In this document: piece after piece, positions 26,603-39,279 of the stretch
How the letters are laid out: every line of letters begins with the position of its first letter
How positions within the stretch are numbered: position 1 is the stretch's first letter
Source of the DNA: Octopus vulgaris
Lineage: Eukaryota
NCBI GenBank assembly: GCA_951406725.2
Contig: OX597836.1
Span: forward strand, 48,608,001-48,672,000
Length of the DNA stretch: 64,000 nt
Reading direction: 5' to 3'
Made by a program: the position numbers and the translations under genes
The notes under the pieces: model-generated
Told to the model about the DNA's origin: nothing
The model's input: only the letters and a program-made list of their open reading frames with translations
Databases searched by the model: none

Positions 26603-27285
26603 CTGCAAGAACAAAAAAGAAGAAAAAACATTAAAATTATACAAAATCAAAGAATTGTTATTTTGGGAGAAAATCTCTCTAATTTGAAGAAGATGACTTG
26701 GGTAGATTGGGAATAATGAGAGTTCCAAAGAAAGGCAATATCATGAGAATCCATTATCTTATCATTAGGTATTGTCATTAACCATTTTCTGATTCCAGTC
26801 TGTCAGAGACCAAACAGGATTCTATGACACAAATGTCATTTTTAAAATGACCCTAATTAAAATGTTCCATCAAAATTTCAAGTTAATACATGTTAATACA
26901 TGTTAATATATGTTAATATATGTTAATATATGTTCCAAATAAACAGCTTTAATAATGTTACATGTGTTTCTTTGTCCTCCCACCGACCTACCCATGTTGC
27001 TCAACAACTGGCGTTGCTTAGTTTACATGCTTGTAACTTGGTAACTTTGTGGTTTGGCAAGAGAAACCCATAGAATAAATAGATACACCTTTTTCATAGC
27101 ACCTAGATGGACATAGCCAGGGCATATCAACCGACTAGACAGAACATTGGTTTGCCAGTGGGAAGGTGTTGGGGCTGTTTTGACCTAAGCAAACCACAAA
27201 GCAGTTCCCTTTCCATTTTATTCTCTCCCCACCCCCACCCACTCAGTCTTTCATTCAACAAATTTATTAAAACCACAACACTTAC

Positions 27286-27419
27286 CTTTGGAGACATATA
27301 GACATAAAGCTTCTTGGGTTTCTCCAGGCGTTCATGATTGCAAGACAGAAGCCTTGCCTCGTACCAAATGTCATGACTTCGCTTAGCAAGATTTTTCTTC
27401 ACTCTTGATGTGTCATTTA
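27286..27419 (-). CDS. AREL1: AREL1-like exon 8
   Basis: NDTSRVKKNLAKRSHDIWYEARLL...EKPKKLYVYMSPK; CAG/GTAAGT; phase consistent. Confidence 0.9.
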
Positions 27420-27610
27420 CTGGCAACAATAACAATAGCATTATTATTATTATTATTACTATTATCATTATTATAATTATTACTTGTTTGTTGTATTTCG
27501 GAATGGTCATTTTGCCAGTTTAGCCAATAAAAACACATGCACTATATATATTTGGTGTTATTTTGCTTCAGTGTTATTTATTTTTTACATTAATCTTAAT
27601 CTTATTCCAT

Positions 27611-27650
27611 CCAGAGTTCTTTCGTCACACTCCTGTGACCTCATCAGTGG
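27611..27650 (-). ncRNA. Minimal type I hammerhead ribozyme in AREL1 intron 7 (sense strand)
   Basis: CCA-CUGAUGA-G-GUCACA-GGAG-UGUGAC-GAAA-GAAC-UC-UGG. Confidence 0.6.
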
Positions 27651-27872
27651 TCCTTTGCTTTCTTCTTTCTTATTTGTGTCTCTCCTTACTAACCGTCAGC
27701 CATTTTGTATTTCTATTGAATGTGTCTTCATTTGCGCATGCTTATATCTCTATGTGCGTCTATGTTTATTTAGTGTGTGTATGTGGGGGGAGGCCTGTAA
27801 TATTTGTATCTTCTGTTTATATACGTTCATGTAATTTGTTTTTGTTTATTTTGTTCATGTGTTTCCACCTAC

Positions 27873-28077
27873 TTTACTCTTTTACTTGTTTCAGTCATTT
27901 GACTGCGGCCATGCTGGAGCACCGCCTTTAGTCGAGCAAATCGACCCCTGGACTTATTCTTTGTAAGCCCAGTACTTATTCTATCAGTCTCTTTTGCCGA
28001 ACCGCTAAGTGACGGGGACGTAAACACACCATCATCGGTTGTCAAGCAATGCTAAGGGGACAAACACAGACACACAA

Positions 28078-28113
<36 letters not shown>

Positions 28114-28285
28114 TCATATATACGACGGGCTTCTTTCAGTTTCCGTCTACCAATTCCACTCACAAGGCTTTGGTCGGCCCGAGGCTATAGTAGAAGACAC
28201 TTGCCCAAGATGCCACGCAGTGGGACTGAACCCGGAACCATGTGGTTGGTAAGCAAGCTACTTACCACACAGCCACTCCTGCGCC
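27873..28285 (-). mobile_element. tRNA-derived SINE family A
   Basis: Reverse complement of 44112-44506. Confidence 0.9.
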
Positions 28286-28840
28286 TACTTATTTATTATT
28301 ATTATTATTTTTTGGGGGGTTGTATATAATAATAATAAGTAGGTGTAAACAAGCTACGTACCACAAATATATATATATTGTCAGTGAACTGGTCGCGGAT
28401 TTTAGCGCCGAAAATATTTTGACAAATTAAACTTAAATGTTGAAGTGAATCGAACGGCTTTTGTGTGTTTCTTAAATGGCTTACAAACACCTTCCACGCT
28501 GCAATTGTTTTCGTTTCAGCACACGATCTCAGATCAAATGACTTGCTATGCGAGTACATCTCCGTAATATATATATATATATATATATATATAGCCCCTA
28601 TGTGTTCGCTTGACATTCTAGAAATAACAGCCATGTTTCACTCAAATCAAATGTGGTTAGTTGTCTTGGAAAACAAGCAATACTTTCAATAATGCAGTTC
28701 TTCACAGTGATAGAAAAGACTGGATGTTCATGGCCGGAATGCCTTTGATTAAAGAGTTGCTCAATTAAGGCTGACCTAGGGTTAAACAACAACAATAAGA
28801 ACAAATAACACGGAAGATCTTCCTTTCCGTAAATACTTAC

Positions 28841-29009
28841 AGTTCAGTACAAGTATGTTGAATTCACCATTCTTCAACTTGACATCTCCGTAGGTGACAA
28901 CAGCCTGGAAGCTACCTCCTTTCTCCATACAGATGTGCATGGTCAACCGTTTACTGGTTGTGTCATAGAAGATTTGTGTCACAGGATTATGTCGGCAATT
29001 TGTGCCGGT
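28841..29009 (-). CDS. AREL1: AREL1-like exon 7
   Basis: TGTNCRHNPV...GGSFQAVVTYGDVKLKNGEFNILVLN resembles human RGCFHACISYQNQPINNGEFDIIVL; CAG/GTAAGT. Confidence 0.9.
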
Positions 29010-29222
29010 CTGTGGAGATCAAAGGAAATGAGAGAGAGAGCATGAAAGATGGGGAGAGAGAAAGTGATAAACACAAGCCTGTGTAAAAACAATATCCAGA
29101 TTGTAATGATAATGGAATTTAGAACTGAGACTCTGTGAATCTTGAAGCACCTCAGGGTAAACAATATTCAATGTGTGATTTTTTGTTGGTGTCTGAATGA
29201 ATAAACTGTCGCTGCTTCCAAC

Positions 29223-30206
29223 TCATGAGCAGTCAACATAGAGTTGGCCATGGGAGAAGCATGTAGTCGAGAGATGATGACCAACCACCTTGAGGGACTG
29301 ACCCTGAGATTTGTTAAATGAAATAGCAAAACTTAGTTTGACTGGAAACTGAAGCCTCTTAAATCCAAATGGAACATCTGTAGGTATGAGAGGAAATTTT
29401 GGAATAAAGACATTTTCCTCTTTGTGACTCCCTGTTATGAGTGTTGCCTGTAGGATCTGGAGCTTTCTTGTGGAAGAAACAATCAAGCAAGTTCCATTCC
29501 ACAGACGAGGTGGGTCAAAATTCCAAAGCAACATAAATGGGAGAATCCAGCTTTAGTGTCAAGTTATGCAGTGACATCCCAGTGGGTTTGAATGGGTTCA
29601 GAAATTCAACAGGGCATTGAACAGCCTCATCTAGAAGTTCCCGACTGAGTTTATCAGCCATTTCATTAGTTGCAGCCAGTCAAGCTCTTTAACAGGGCCA
29701 GTTTACATCAGTGTTATTGGACAATCACACATACACTCACACACACACACATACATTCTCACACACACACATACATTCTCACATACATATACTAAGACAG
29801 ACACACACAGACATACATTCATGCACACCTCAGGGTAAACAATATGCATTATATACTTGTCAGTCATCGCATATGTATATGTATGTGTAAATGTGTGTGT
29901 GTTTAATTCTCTAAGGCCTAACATACATAATGAATGCACAAACACACACACACTCACAGACACACTCATATACAAAATGTGACATTGTGGTGGTGGTGGT
30001 GGTGGTATAAAACGTTCTTTACTATAATTGACTATAGAAAGATTATTTTAGATAAAATGTTATGTTTTAATCCAAATGAAAATAAAAATTACATGTTGAC
30101 ACTCACGGGGTCTAATACTATTACCCTGTAAAATTTGATTTGATTCGGTGGAGCCATTTGAGAATGCAAAGGGAACAGACAGACAAAGAATTTTATATAT
30201 ATATAT
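29223..30206 (-). mobile_element. Helitron remnant (Pif1-like helicase C-terminus plus 5' terminal segment)
   Basis: NGTCLIV...VFIPKFPLIP...FKRLQFPVKLSFAISFNKSQGQSL...FSHGQLYV; 30060-30206 matches 57705-57810 in reverse. Confidence 0.85.
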
Positions 30207-30366
30207 CATCATCATCATCATCATTTAATGTCCCATTTTCCATGCTGTCATGGGTTGTACAGTGTGATTGGAACTGGTAAGACCAGGGCCACACCAGGTT
30301 CCTATTGTCTGTTCTGGCATGGTTTTCTATGGCTGGATGCCCTTCCTAACATTAATCGCTCCACAG

Positions 30367-30407
<41 letters not shown>

Positions 30408-30410
<3 letters not shown>

Positions 30411-31179
30411 TAAAAATGGTAAGATAACAAAAGAAAGAAAGAGACCTCAATATTATGTAAAGAGAGGAATTTGTCTGCCAAGGTGGAAATCCACACCACC
30501 ATCTCTTCAGTTATCTGGCCATCTGAAAAACGCTATGAAAAAAGACCGTTATACAAAGGGAAATTACTGTGTTATAGACCGCTACTTGTACAAAAGTGCT
30601 AATTCGAAAGGCCGCTAATTAAGATAAGGTTAAAAGTTCATAGTAAACGTGTAAGCGTGCCTGTTCATACGTACACATGTGCACTCGTGCACCCATGTGC
30701 ATACGCATACATCACTATGAAAACGTACACATCTTCACTCGCATTTTTCGCCAAATGTATGTATATATATTATATTAAATTAGAGATAAAACCACTATTA
30801 GGCAAATCATACAATGAAAAACTTAAGCCAATACATAAAATTATTTAATTTATATTATTTAAATATATAACAAAATTATTAAAAAAATATAATTAATATA
30901 ACACTACGATCGTTTCATGGCTGTTAATTTCTTTAAATTTTCGAGTTACAGTCATTCATCGTAGTGTTATATTAATTATATTTTTTTAATAATTTTGTTA
31001 TATATTTAAATAATATAAATTAAATAATCTTATGTATTGGCTTAAGTTTTTCATTGTATGACTTGCCTAATAGTGGTTTTATCTCTAATTTAATATAATA
31101 TAATATTTTACTATAAAATTGGATTCAATCCTAAATCTGATTTTTCCCTGTAAGTTTGGATTTATTCCCTAATATTTAT

Positions 31180-31183
<4 letters not shown>
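30408..31183. mobile_element. (TA)n-embedded element with a ~145-bp inverted repeat and hammerhead-like motifs (Penelope-like pLTR or retrozyme-like, inferred)
   Basis: Bounded by TA microsatellites; IR arms ~30766-30910 and 30958-31102; hammerhead-like loop; CUGAAGA plus hairpin remnant at ~30480-30512 (minus). Confidence 0.5.
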
Positions 31184-31228
<45 letters not shown>

Positions 31229-31626
31229 TGTATATACATATATATATATATGCACATATGTGCATGTTCCCTACCATAATTTGACAATTGATGTTGGTGT
31301 GTTTCCATCCCCACAACTTAGTGGTTCAGCAGAAGAGACTGATAGAATAAGCACCAGGCTTAAAAGGGAAAAAAAAAAGTCGTGGAGTCGCTTCGTTTGA
31401 CTAAACATGTTTCAAGGTGTTGCCCCAGTATGGCCACAGTCTAATGCCTGAAACAAGTAAAAGATAAAAGATTTCTGTTTTGTGGGGTGAAGATGAAACA
31501 CAGTGGGGAGACTGTGAGAAGTGGTAGGGAAATCAGGTCCACACATGACCCCTCCAACAGACCAAGTATCTTACAGACATTCAATTTTGGGGTTTTTTTT
31601 TTTAAAAATCAAATTTTTTTTCTTAC

Positions 31627-31790
31627 CTCTCTTACTCTTATTTTAAAGTAGTTTTGGTGGTCCGTTTTGTAAGGGGTCAAATTACCAAACATATCTCGGG
31701 TCTCAATGGTTAAGGGGTGGGAGGTACCAACAGTGCATACCACTGTTGAACTGTAATTCATGAATTTGGTCTTTGTGGCATCAATGGCCC
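31627..31790 (-). CDS. AREL1: AREL1-like exon 6
   Basis: Not in the ORF track; (G)AIDATKTKFMNYSSTVVCTVGTSHPLTIETRDMFGN... resembles human VVPSKTKIVCHFSTLVLTCGQPHTLQIVPRDEYDN; AG/GT sites in phase. Confidence 0.9.
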
Positions 31791-33518
31791 CTGGAATAAA
31801 CCAAAGAGAAGGGAGTAGACAGGAGAGGAGGAAGAGGAGCAGGGAAAGGGAAAATATTAAAAAAATGAAGACAAAAAATATTAAAAAATAAATGTAAATT
31901 CAATAAAATCTGAGATGTTGTTGTTGCTGTTGTTGCATAACTCTAAGTCTGTCCTTATCAATCAAGCAGACCTGTCATCAAATGTTATTCCACATGTGAC
32001 CACCCTGCCGTCTATTTTCAGACATTAGTGTATCTAGAGCTACAATATCCAATGTTTCCTTCCGTTTCTGTAAAGATGTGAATTGGAAGAGTTAACTGCT
32101 ATTACTAGCAGATAAAACAGCCACATAGAGGATCCCTGAATGGACCCTTTATGGCGTTGGCAGTTGTCTGGTCACAGGTTATCCCCCCACCCCGATCAAG
32201 TGTTCCACTCACAAACATCCCATTCTACTTCTTGTTGCTTCCAGTCGTAGTTTATTTTGGACCCTAATAGCCAATATGTCTTTCCATTTTTTAAGATGGT
32301 AAGATGCAACATGAGGGACATTTGGCTACTATTTCCAGTAGATCAAGCAACCACATTGAGTGGAAAGTAATGCAGTACAAAATCATAAATAGCCCTGTGG
32401 ACAAAGTGTCAGGTAACAACCAACTGACTTAGTGGTTCACGTCTTGTCAGGTATGAGACTTTTTTGGCCACAGATATTCCAGTGCCGCCTGTTTGGCATT
32501 GCCAAGTTGATGCTGACTTATTTGGCCTCAGATGTTTCTCTCATTCTTTTCCTCTTTCTCTCTATTTATGTGTAGCACAATATTTCTCTTTATGCATCTG
32601 AGGAGAAGGAAAAGCTTTACGTCAATAGTGTTCAGTTAACAAATTGAATTCTCTCTCTCTCTCTCTCTCTCTGTATATTTCTGTGCATACATGTGTGCTC
32701 ACATGTGTTTGCCTCCAGAGCTAAAAAGTACTGTTGCCAACACAGGTTCAATCCCCAGTCAGCTGCACCAAACGACCAACATTCAAACAGCTGTATCCAA
32801 TTGTCTCCTTCCAAATCTTGTCATCTGCACAAATTTGTCCAGGCAGGCAAGATTGTGTGGCTAAAAAGTCTGCTTCCTGACTGCATGGTTCCACTGTGTG
32901 GCACCTTGGGCAAGTATCTTCTGCTACAGTTTGGACTAACCAAAGCCTGGTGTAGTGATTTAGAAGGTGGAAACTGTAAGAAGCCCCTCATATATATATC
33001 CCATATGCATGACTATGTGGTTAGGGAGCTTGCTTCCCAGCCACATGGTTCTGGGTTCAGTCCCACTACATGACACCTTGGGCAAGTGTCTTCTGCTATA
33101 TCCTTGTGAAGCCTTGTGACTGAATATGGTAAGCGGAAGTTACCATGGTGTAAGTGCTTGTGCCTCCTAACACACACACACACACACATGTGCGCACTTG
33201 TGTGTATATTATGTTTTATAGACATATTTTCAATTATGAATTAGAAGCAGTGCTAGTGTTATAAACATTATTGACCGCACATACTCGATGGATGCGTTTT
33301 GATTGTTCTCAGGTACGCTGTGGTTTAAGCACAGTACTGGGTGTTAAAATACCTGAAAGTCACAGAAAGGTGAGACAACCTGCCCATAACCCCATTCAAG
33401 AGCAATGGAAATCAATAATTTTCCACTTTTGTGGCTTATCAACATCACATACCTGAATTGAACACACACACACACACACACATGGATACACACATGCATA
33501 CACACACAAACTACTTAC

Positions 33519-33756
33519 CTGGCTGGAAAGACTTTTTGAAAGGGCTGCCCTTGATATGCATAAATCCAACCAAGACAGATATGAGGTATTCTCCGGAACG
33601 GTGAACTGTGAACGACACCCTCGCCTCATTTGACTTTTCTGGTTCTTCACTGCCAAAATCAATTGTTGTGGTCACCTTGGCACCAAGGTGTAAAATTTCA
33701 ACAACAATGTTGTCGTAATTTGACACTGGGTAAGGTTTACCATTTTTTTGATAAAA
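33519..33756 (-). CDS. AREL1: AREL1-like exon 5 (filamin repeat)
   Basis: FYQKNGKPYP...VSFTVHRSGEYLISVLVGFMHIKGSPFKKSFQPG filamin motif; GTAAGT donor; AAGCAG tandem acceptor. Confidence 0.9.
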
Positions 33757-35226
33757 CTGCTTGTGCGTAATTTTTTGTTGTTGTAAAAATAAGAAAAAAG
33801 AAAAAAAATTAAGAGAAATCATCATCACCATCATCATCACCGCCGCCACTGCCACCACCACCACCACCACCACCACCACCACCACCACTATTGTTTTCAG
33901 GGCATTACACTATTGTTTCAGTTTTGTGAACTTATTAGCCTGTTTATATTTACTATTTGGTTCTGATTTGGCATTTAAAAATATTCCTGGTTCCACGAAT
34001 ATTTCAGGATTAGTTGTTTTTTTTCAGCTGTGCAGAAGTCACATCATTTGCTGCCGTTTACCTGTAAGCCTCTGTGTAAATGACAGAAAATGATGCGACT
34101 CTGCATTGCTGAAAAACAAAAAAAAAATATTCCAGACAAAATTTGCTCAAACTGGGTGTATATTCAAATGCTAAACTGAAAACAGTCAGTTCATGCTAAG
34201 CAACTTGACACTGCATCCTTAAACGACAAAGTACACTTGCACAGGATGACAACAAGGCTGAGATGTAGGATCACCACAATAGTCTTTGTCAAAATTCTTT
34301 TTATGTTTCTCAAGGTTTGTCAAAAATAAATACCAGTCAGATACTGCAATCACCTCCCAAGGGTTTGAACTTGTGCTTCTGTTAGAAATCATCACTACCA
34401 TCATCATCATCATCATCATCATCATTTAACATCCGTTTTCCATGCTGGCAAGACAGAGGACTGCACCAGGCTTTGGTGTATGTTCTGGCATGGATTTTAC
34501 AGCTGGATACCCTTCTTAACACCAACCACCCAGTAGAGTGGACTGAATGGTTTCTTTTTTTTTTAATGGCACCAGCACAAGCAAAGTCAATTTTTTGGGC
34601 AATGTTTGTTTACAACTGGATGCCCTTCCACATGGGGGTCAATATAATTGAGAAGTTCCCTCCCCTCAAATATCAGGCCTTGTGCCTAAAGTAGAAAGGA
34701 TTATCATTATTATTATTATTTGGGATGGTTTCTATGACAACCAGTCGTAGAAACCTTGCCAAATCAGATTGGAACCTGGTGCAGCTCCCCAGCTTACCAG
34801 TTTACAGTCAAACCATCCAACCCATGCCAGCATGGAAAACGGATGTTAAATGATGATTATTATTATCATTATTATTATTATTATTATCATTATTATTATC
34901 ATTATTCGCCATCATTATTATCAAGCATGTACACAAACACATTTTGAATTTTCTTTATCCTGTTTTTCTTCAGTACAATGTTGCAAGAATTAAGCCCCTG
35001 TAGCTAGCCTAACAGACAACCTGGCTGTGGTATTGATAGGTGCAGTAAAGAAGTAGTTCTGGTTGTAGTAGCATGGTGGTGTTGGAAATAGTGTGGGAAG
35101 GTGCTGGTTGTAGTAGCATGGTGGTGTTGGTTGTTGTCATGTGGTGCAGTATTTCTTGCAGAGGGTGGTGGTGGTGATGTGGAAACAGTTTTCATTGATA
35201 ACAAACCCACTCACACTTGTCCTTAC

Positions 35227-35429
35227 CTTCACAGTAAAGGTCATTGTTTTGCCAACAAACTGTGGCTCTGTCCAATCCCAAATGACTCTGCAAGACTGAG
35301 GCGCTGGATACTTGCCGATGAAGAAGTCCAGAAATCTTGTCTTGCTGTTTGGCGTGGTCTGAAACCAGGTCACTGTTCCATACAATGACATCATAGCAAG
35401 GCCCACAATAGCTGAGAACATCAACCAAA
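35227..35429 (-). CDS. AREL1: AREL1-like exon 4 (TM helix, start of filamin/Ig region)
   Basis: Strong polypyrimidine CTTTCAG acceptor; WLMFSAIVGLAMMSLYG...GKYPAPQSCRVIWDWTEPQFVGKTMTFTVK resembles human GNYLDPRSCKVSWDWKDPYEVGHSMAFRV. Confidence 0.9.
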
Positions 35430-36386
35430 CTGAAAGGACAAGGAGCAATAAGGGTTTAGAATAGGGTTGCCTGCGAGAAGAATTTTAAAGATCTTTCTAA
35501 TGAATGGAAAAACACGAAGCAAAAGCATGAGCAAACATATTCTGTGCTTAACTTTCCTTGCTCTTTGATTTAGAGGTCAAACATCTGACCTGACCGAGAT
35601 TTATTAGAAATGATTATCTCCCTTAAAATAACTGGCCACCAGGGCACGCCACGTGTTTGGTTTAGAATATGAAAATAGTGAGAGCAGCTAATGAATTTCT
35701 TTCCAAATTTTGTTGCTTTAATGTCCACATTTTCATGCTGGTATGGGTCAGATGGAATTCCTTGCAGCAGATTTTCTATGCCTGGATGCCTTTCCTGTCA
35801 TCAACCCTCACATGTTTTCAAGCAAGGTAATGTCCCCCACACCCAATGGCCAGACATGGAAGACTGGAAATGAAGGACACTGCTTGTATGACTGTAGCAT
35901 TTGTTTTACAACTATCATGGGATGTCAAGTCAGATACACACATGCACACATACACACACACACAGACACGCACGCAAGCACACACACACATGTGCATGCA
36001 ATCTCACACAAACACACACACGCACGTGCATGCAATCTCACACACACATACACACAAGCACACACACGCATGCACGCACACACTCAGATGCAAGCACATA
36101 CGCATGCACACACACACACACACATGATGTGCTTCTTTCAGTTTCCACCTACCTAATCCAGTGAATACATTGGTTAGCCAGGTACCATAGTAAAAGTAAC
36201 ATTGTCCACGGTGCCATACAATGGAACTGAACCTGAAATCACACAGCTGGGGAATTAATTTCTGACCCTGACACAGCTATGCCTACCCCTATACGCTGCA
36301 GTCATTTCAATCTTCCCCCAGAGTATTACAGATTTTAGGGTTCAGATATGAAAACAAAACCAGAAAAGAACAGCAGTTGTTCTTAC

Positions 36387-36571
36387 CGAAAACAACCCAA
36401 TAACGGTAAATACTTCCAAGTTCTTTCTTCTCCTTAGACCTGAGGTCAGCAAGTGCTTTCTTAAAAGTTAAATAATCTTTTTGACTGCGATCATGTTGCG
36501 TGATCATGCGCAGGTGTTCATCTGTTAATTGGTTCAGGTGGGTGAGATTCTCGACAGACAGGGCTTTCAAA
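36387..36571 (-). CDS. AREL1: AREL1-like exon 3 (end of SAM-like repeat 2, start of TM helix)
   Basis: TTTTACAG acceptor, GTAAGA donor; LKALSVENLTHLNQLTDEHLRMI...IYRYWVVF; phase 2 in, phase 1 out. Confidence 0.85.
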
Positions 36572-36660
36572 CTGTAAAAGAGGGGAGAGATATTAATAAT
36601 AATAATGCTAACGAGGTTACTGACGATGACGACAATGATGGCAGTGGTTTCAAACACGAT

Positions 36661-37038
36661 TCTTTTACTCTTTTACTTGTTTCAGTCATTTGACTGTGGC
36701 CATGCTGGAGCACCACCTTTACTCGAGCAAATCGACCCCAGGACTTATTCTTTGTAAGCATAGTACTTATTCTATCGGTCTCTTTTGCCGAACCGCTAAG
36801 TTACGGGGACGTAAACACACAAGCATCGGTTGTCAAGCGATGTTGGGGGGACAAACACAAACACATACTTATATACGACAGGCTTCTTTCAGTTTCCGTC
36901 TACCAAATCCACTCACAAAGCTTTGGTTGGCCCAAGGTTATAGTAGAAGATACTTGCCCAAGTTGCCATGCAGTGGGACTGAACCCGGAACCATGTGGTT
37001 CGTAAGCAAGCTACTTACCACACAGCCACTCCTGCACC
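36661..37038 (-). mobile_element. tRNA-derived SINE family A
   Basis: Reverse complement of 44112-44506; others at ~45-380, ~45615-45995, ~62230-62400 and ~62930-63180. Confidence 0.9.
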
Positions 37039-37779
37039 TATAGGAGTACAGATTTTGGAAGAAAGACAAGCTAACATTGAGCAAGTTATCTGTTAGGCTG
37101 GTTAAAGGGGCTCAGCAGTGCATTGAGAAAATGAAGTTTTGTTGTTAAAGAAACAATTTGAAATACACCAGTATATCTACATGATGATGATGATGATGAT
37201 GATGATGATAATTTCTAATATAGACACAAAGCCAGGAATCTGGAAGAAGGAGAACAATTGATTATATTGATCTCGGTATTTAATGAACCGCAGAAAAATG
37301 AAAGGTAAAGATGACGTCAGCAGGATTTGAACTCGGACTGTAAAGATCTGGAACAAACAGTGGAAAGCTTTTTTGTCTGACACAAACAATCCTGTCAATC
37401 GACTGCCGTAATAGTAGGAGTGGTGGTGGTAGGTTCTAACACAAAGGGGGGGGCAAGTAATGAAGAGAGTGAGAGGAAATACAGCAAGAGGGGGAAGGAA
37501 AGAGAGGTAGATGAGAAAATAAAGGAGAAGAAGGGAGAGGGAGGGGGAGAGAAAGAGAAGAATGGAACCCAATATTTCACAGGTATTTTATTTGCTGAGT
37601 TCAGAAGAGTAAAAGACAAAACTGATTTCAACAGGACTTGATCTGGGGGCAGAGGGCCCCAAGCAAATACTGCAAAGAGTAGAAGGTCCAAACAAATTTG
37701 GCAAAGCATTTTATGCACTGTGTTAACGACTCTACTAATTTGTTCAACTTACTGTGTTAGGAAAGTGCAATCAACTCAC

Positions 37780-37951
37780 CTGGAAAAGTAGTTAAGGAGT
37801 CCCCGAGTGTGTAACCACTCCTGCAGTTGTTTCTCACCTTGCAGCAGGTTAATGGCCCTTCGGATCTTCCCCAGTTCCAGTGTGGAGAGCACTTGGAAAC
37901 TTTTATGCTTCTTTTCATCGAAGGTAGCAAACTGGTCAAGTGAAGAGACGC
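37780..37951 (-). CDS. AREL1: AREL1-like exon 2 (SAM-like repeats)
   Basis: CAG acceptor, GTGAGT donor; (G)VSSLDQFATFDEKK...LQEWLHTRGLLNYFS; phase 1 in, phase 2 out. Confidence 0.8.
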
Positions 37952-39205
37952 CTGGGGGTTGCAAAAATAACGAAGAATAATCAATTATAAATTACATGTA
38001 ATTATTATAAATAACCAAAATAACTGGTTGTAATTGTGAACAGATTGACATACAAGCACAAAGTCTTATGAGTGGATTTGATAAACGGAAACAGAAAGAA
38101 GCCTGTCATTCATACATACATATATATATAAATATGGATGTGTGTGTGTGTGTGGGGGGTGCTGCAGCTTTTCTACCATGTGACAGCTGTAAAGATATAT
38201 ATTTTATTTGTAAATCTCACAACGAGAGATATTCAGCAACAGTACTTTGGAGTAAAGATTGTTTGCCAACATAACATGGCAGTCCTGGTTTAGGACAAAT
38301 GTTGCTGTAATTTAGCCCCAGGAGACCAGGACTGCCAGGTTATGTTGGCAAATGATCTTTACTCCAATAAATATTTTAGTTTCCTGGTTGTCTTTGGATT
38401 CCCCACAACCTTCTGATTTTGTTGTTGTTTAGTTGCAGGTCAGCTCTGATTGAACAACTTATAGTCAGAGACATCTCAGCCATGACCATCCTGATTTCTC
38501 ACCTCACATTGCACCCAAGACAACACAATGTAAATTCTCCTTTTTTTTTTTTTATAATGGTAAGGTGTGATTTTAGAGAGATTTGGCTGCTATTTCCAAC
38601 AGGTCTATCACAGAAGCTCCCCCAGCATTGGTTTGGCCAGAGGTGATGGTGGCTCATGAAGTTAGATTTAAAAAAAACTGGGTCCAACAGTAGTGAAGGA
38701 CCATAGAACCGAGGGAAAGAAGGGGTTTGCAAAGTGACAATCTTTGGAGTAGGGGGTAGCATGTAATGGAGTGAATCCTTGGTGTGTGTGTGTATGTGTG
38801 TGTGTGTGTATGTGTGTGTGTGTGTGTAGAAGTGAAGAGAAAGAAGCAATAAGAGAGAAGAAACTGCTAAGAATGAGAGAGCATCAGATTTAGAAAAGGA
38901 GAGAGAGAGAATTCCGGAAATCTCATATTAGAATGTAATAATTCACGACAGCAGCAACAAAGTACAAAGGACACCAAAACTCTGTGTGTGTGAGAGAGAG
39001 AGAGAGTGGTATGTGTATGTGTGTGAGCAGTGTGTATGTGTGTGTATTGGCAGTGTTGCATCACAGCAAACTCAGAGACGTTTGTTGTATCCTTCACCTG
39101 ATTGTGCCAATGTCTGATTCACCATTTACCGATTCCTTTACTGATTATTGATACTCTCTGGGTTGTAATCAATTTTGAACCTGGGCCAGCTTTACTATTT
39201 CACAC

Positions 39206-39258
39206 CAATGACATGTGGCACAATGACATGTGGCACAATGACATGTGGCACAATGACA
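39206..39258. repeat. 15-bp tandem repeat x3.5
   Basis: Exact copies of CAATGACATGTGGCA. Confidence 0.9.
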
Positions 39259-39279
39259 ATACATAGAGTTGATGAAGTG

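Noticed and set aside
35430-35470. Upstream acceptor at 35470 for exon 4
   Set aside because: Phase incompatible with exon 3; the 35429 acceptor has a better pyrimidine tract and correct phase
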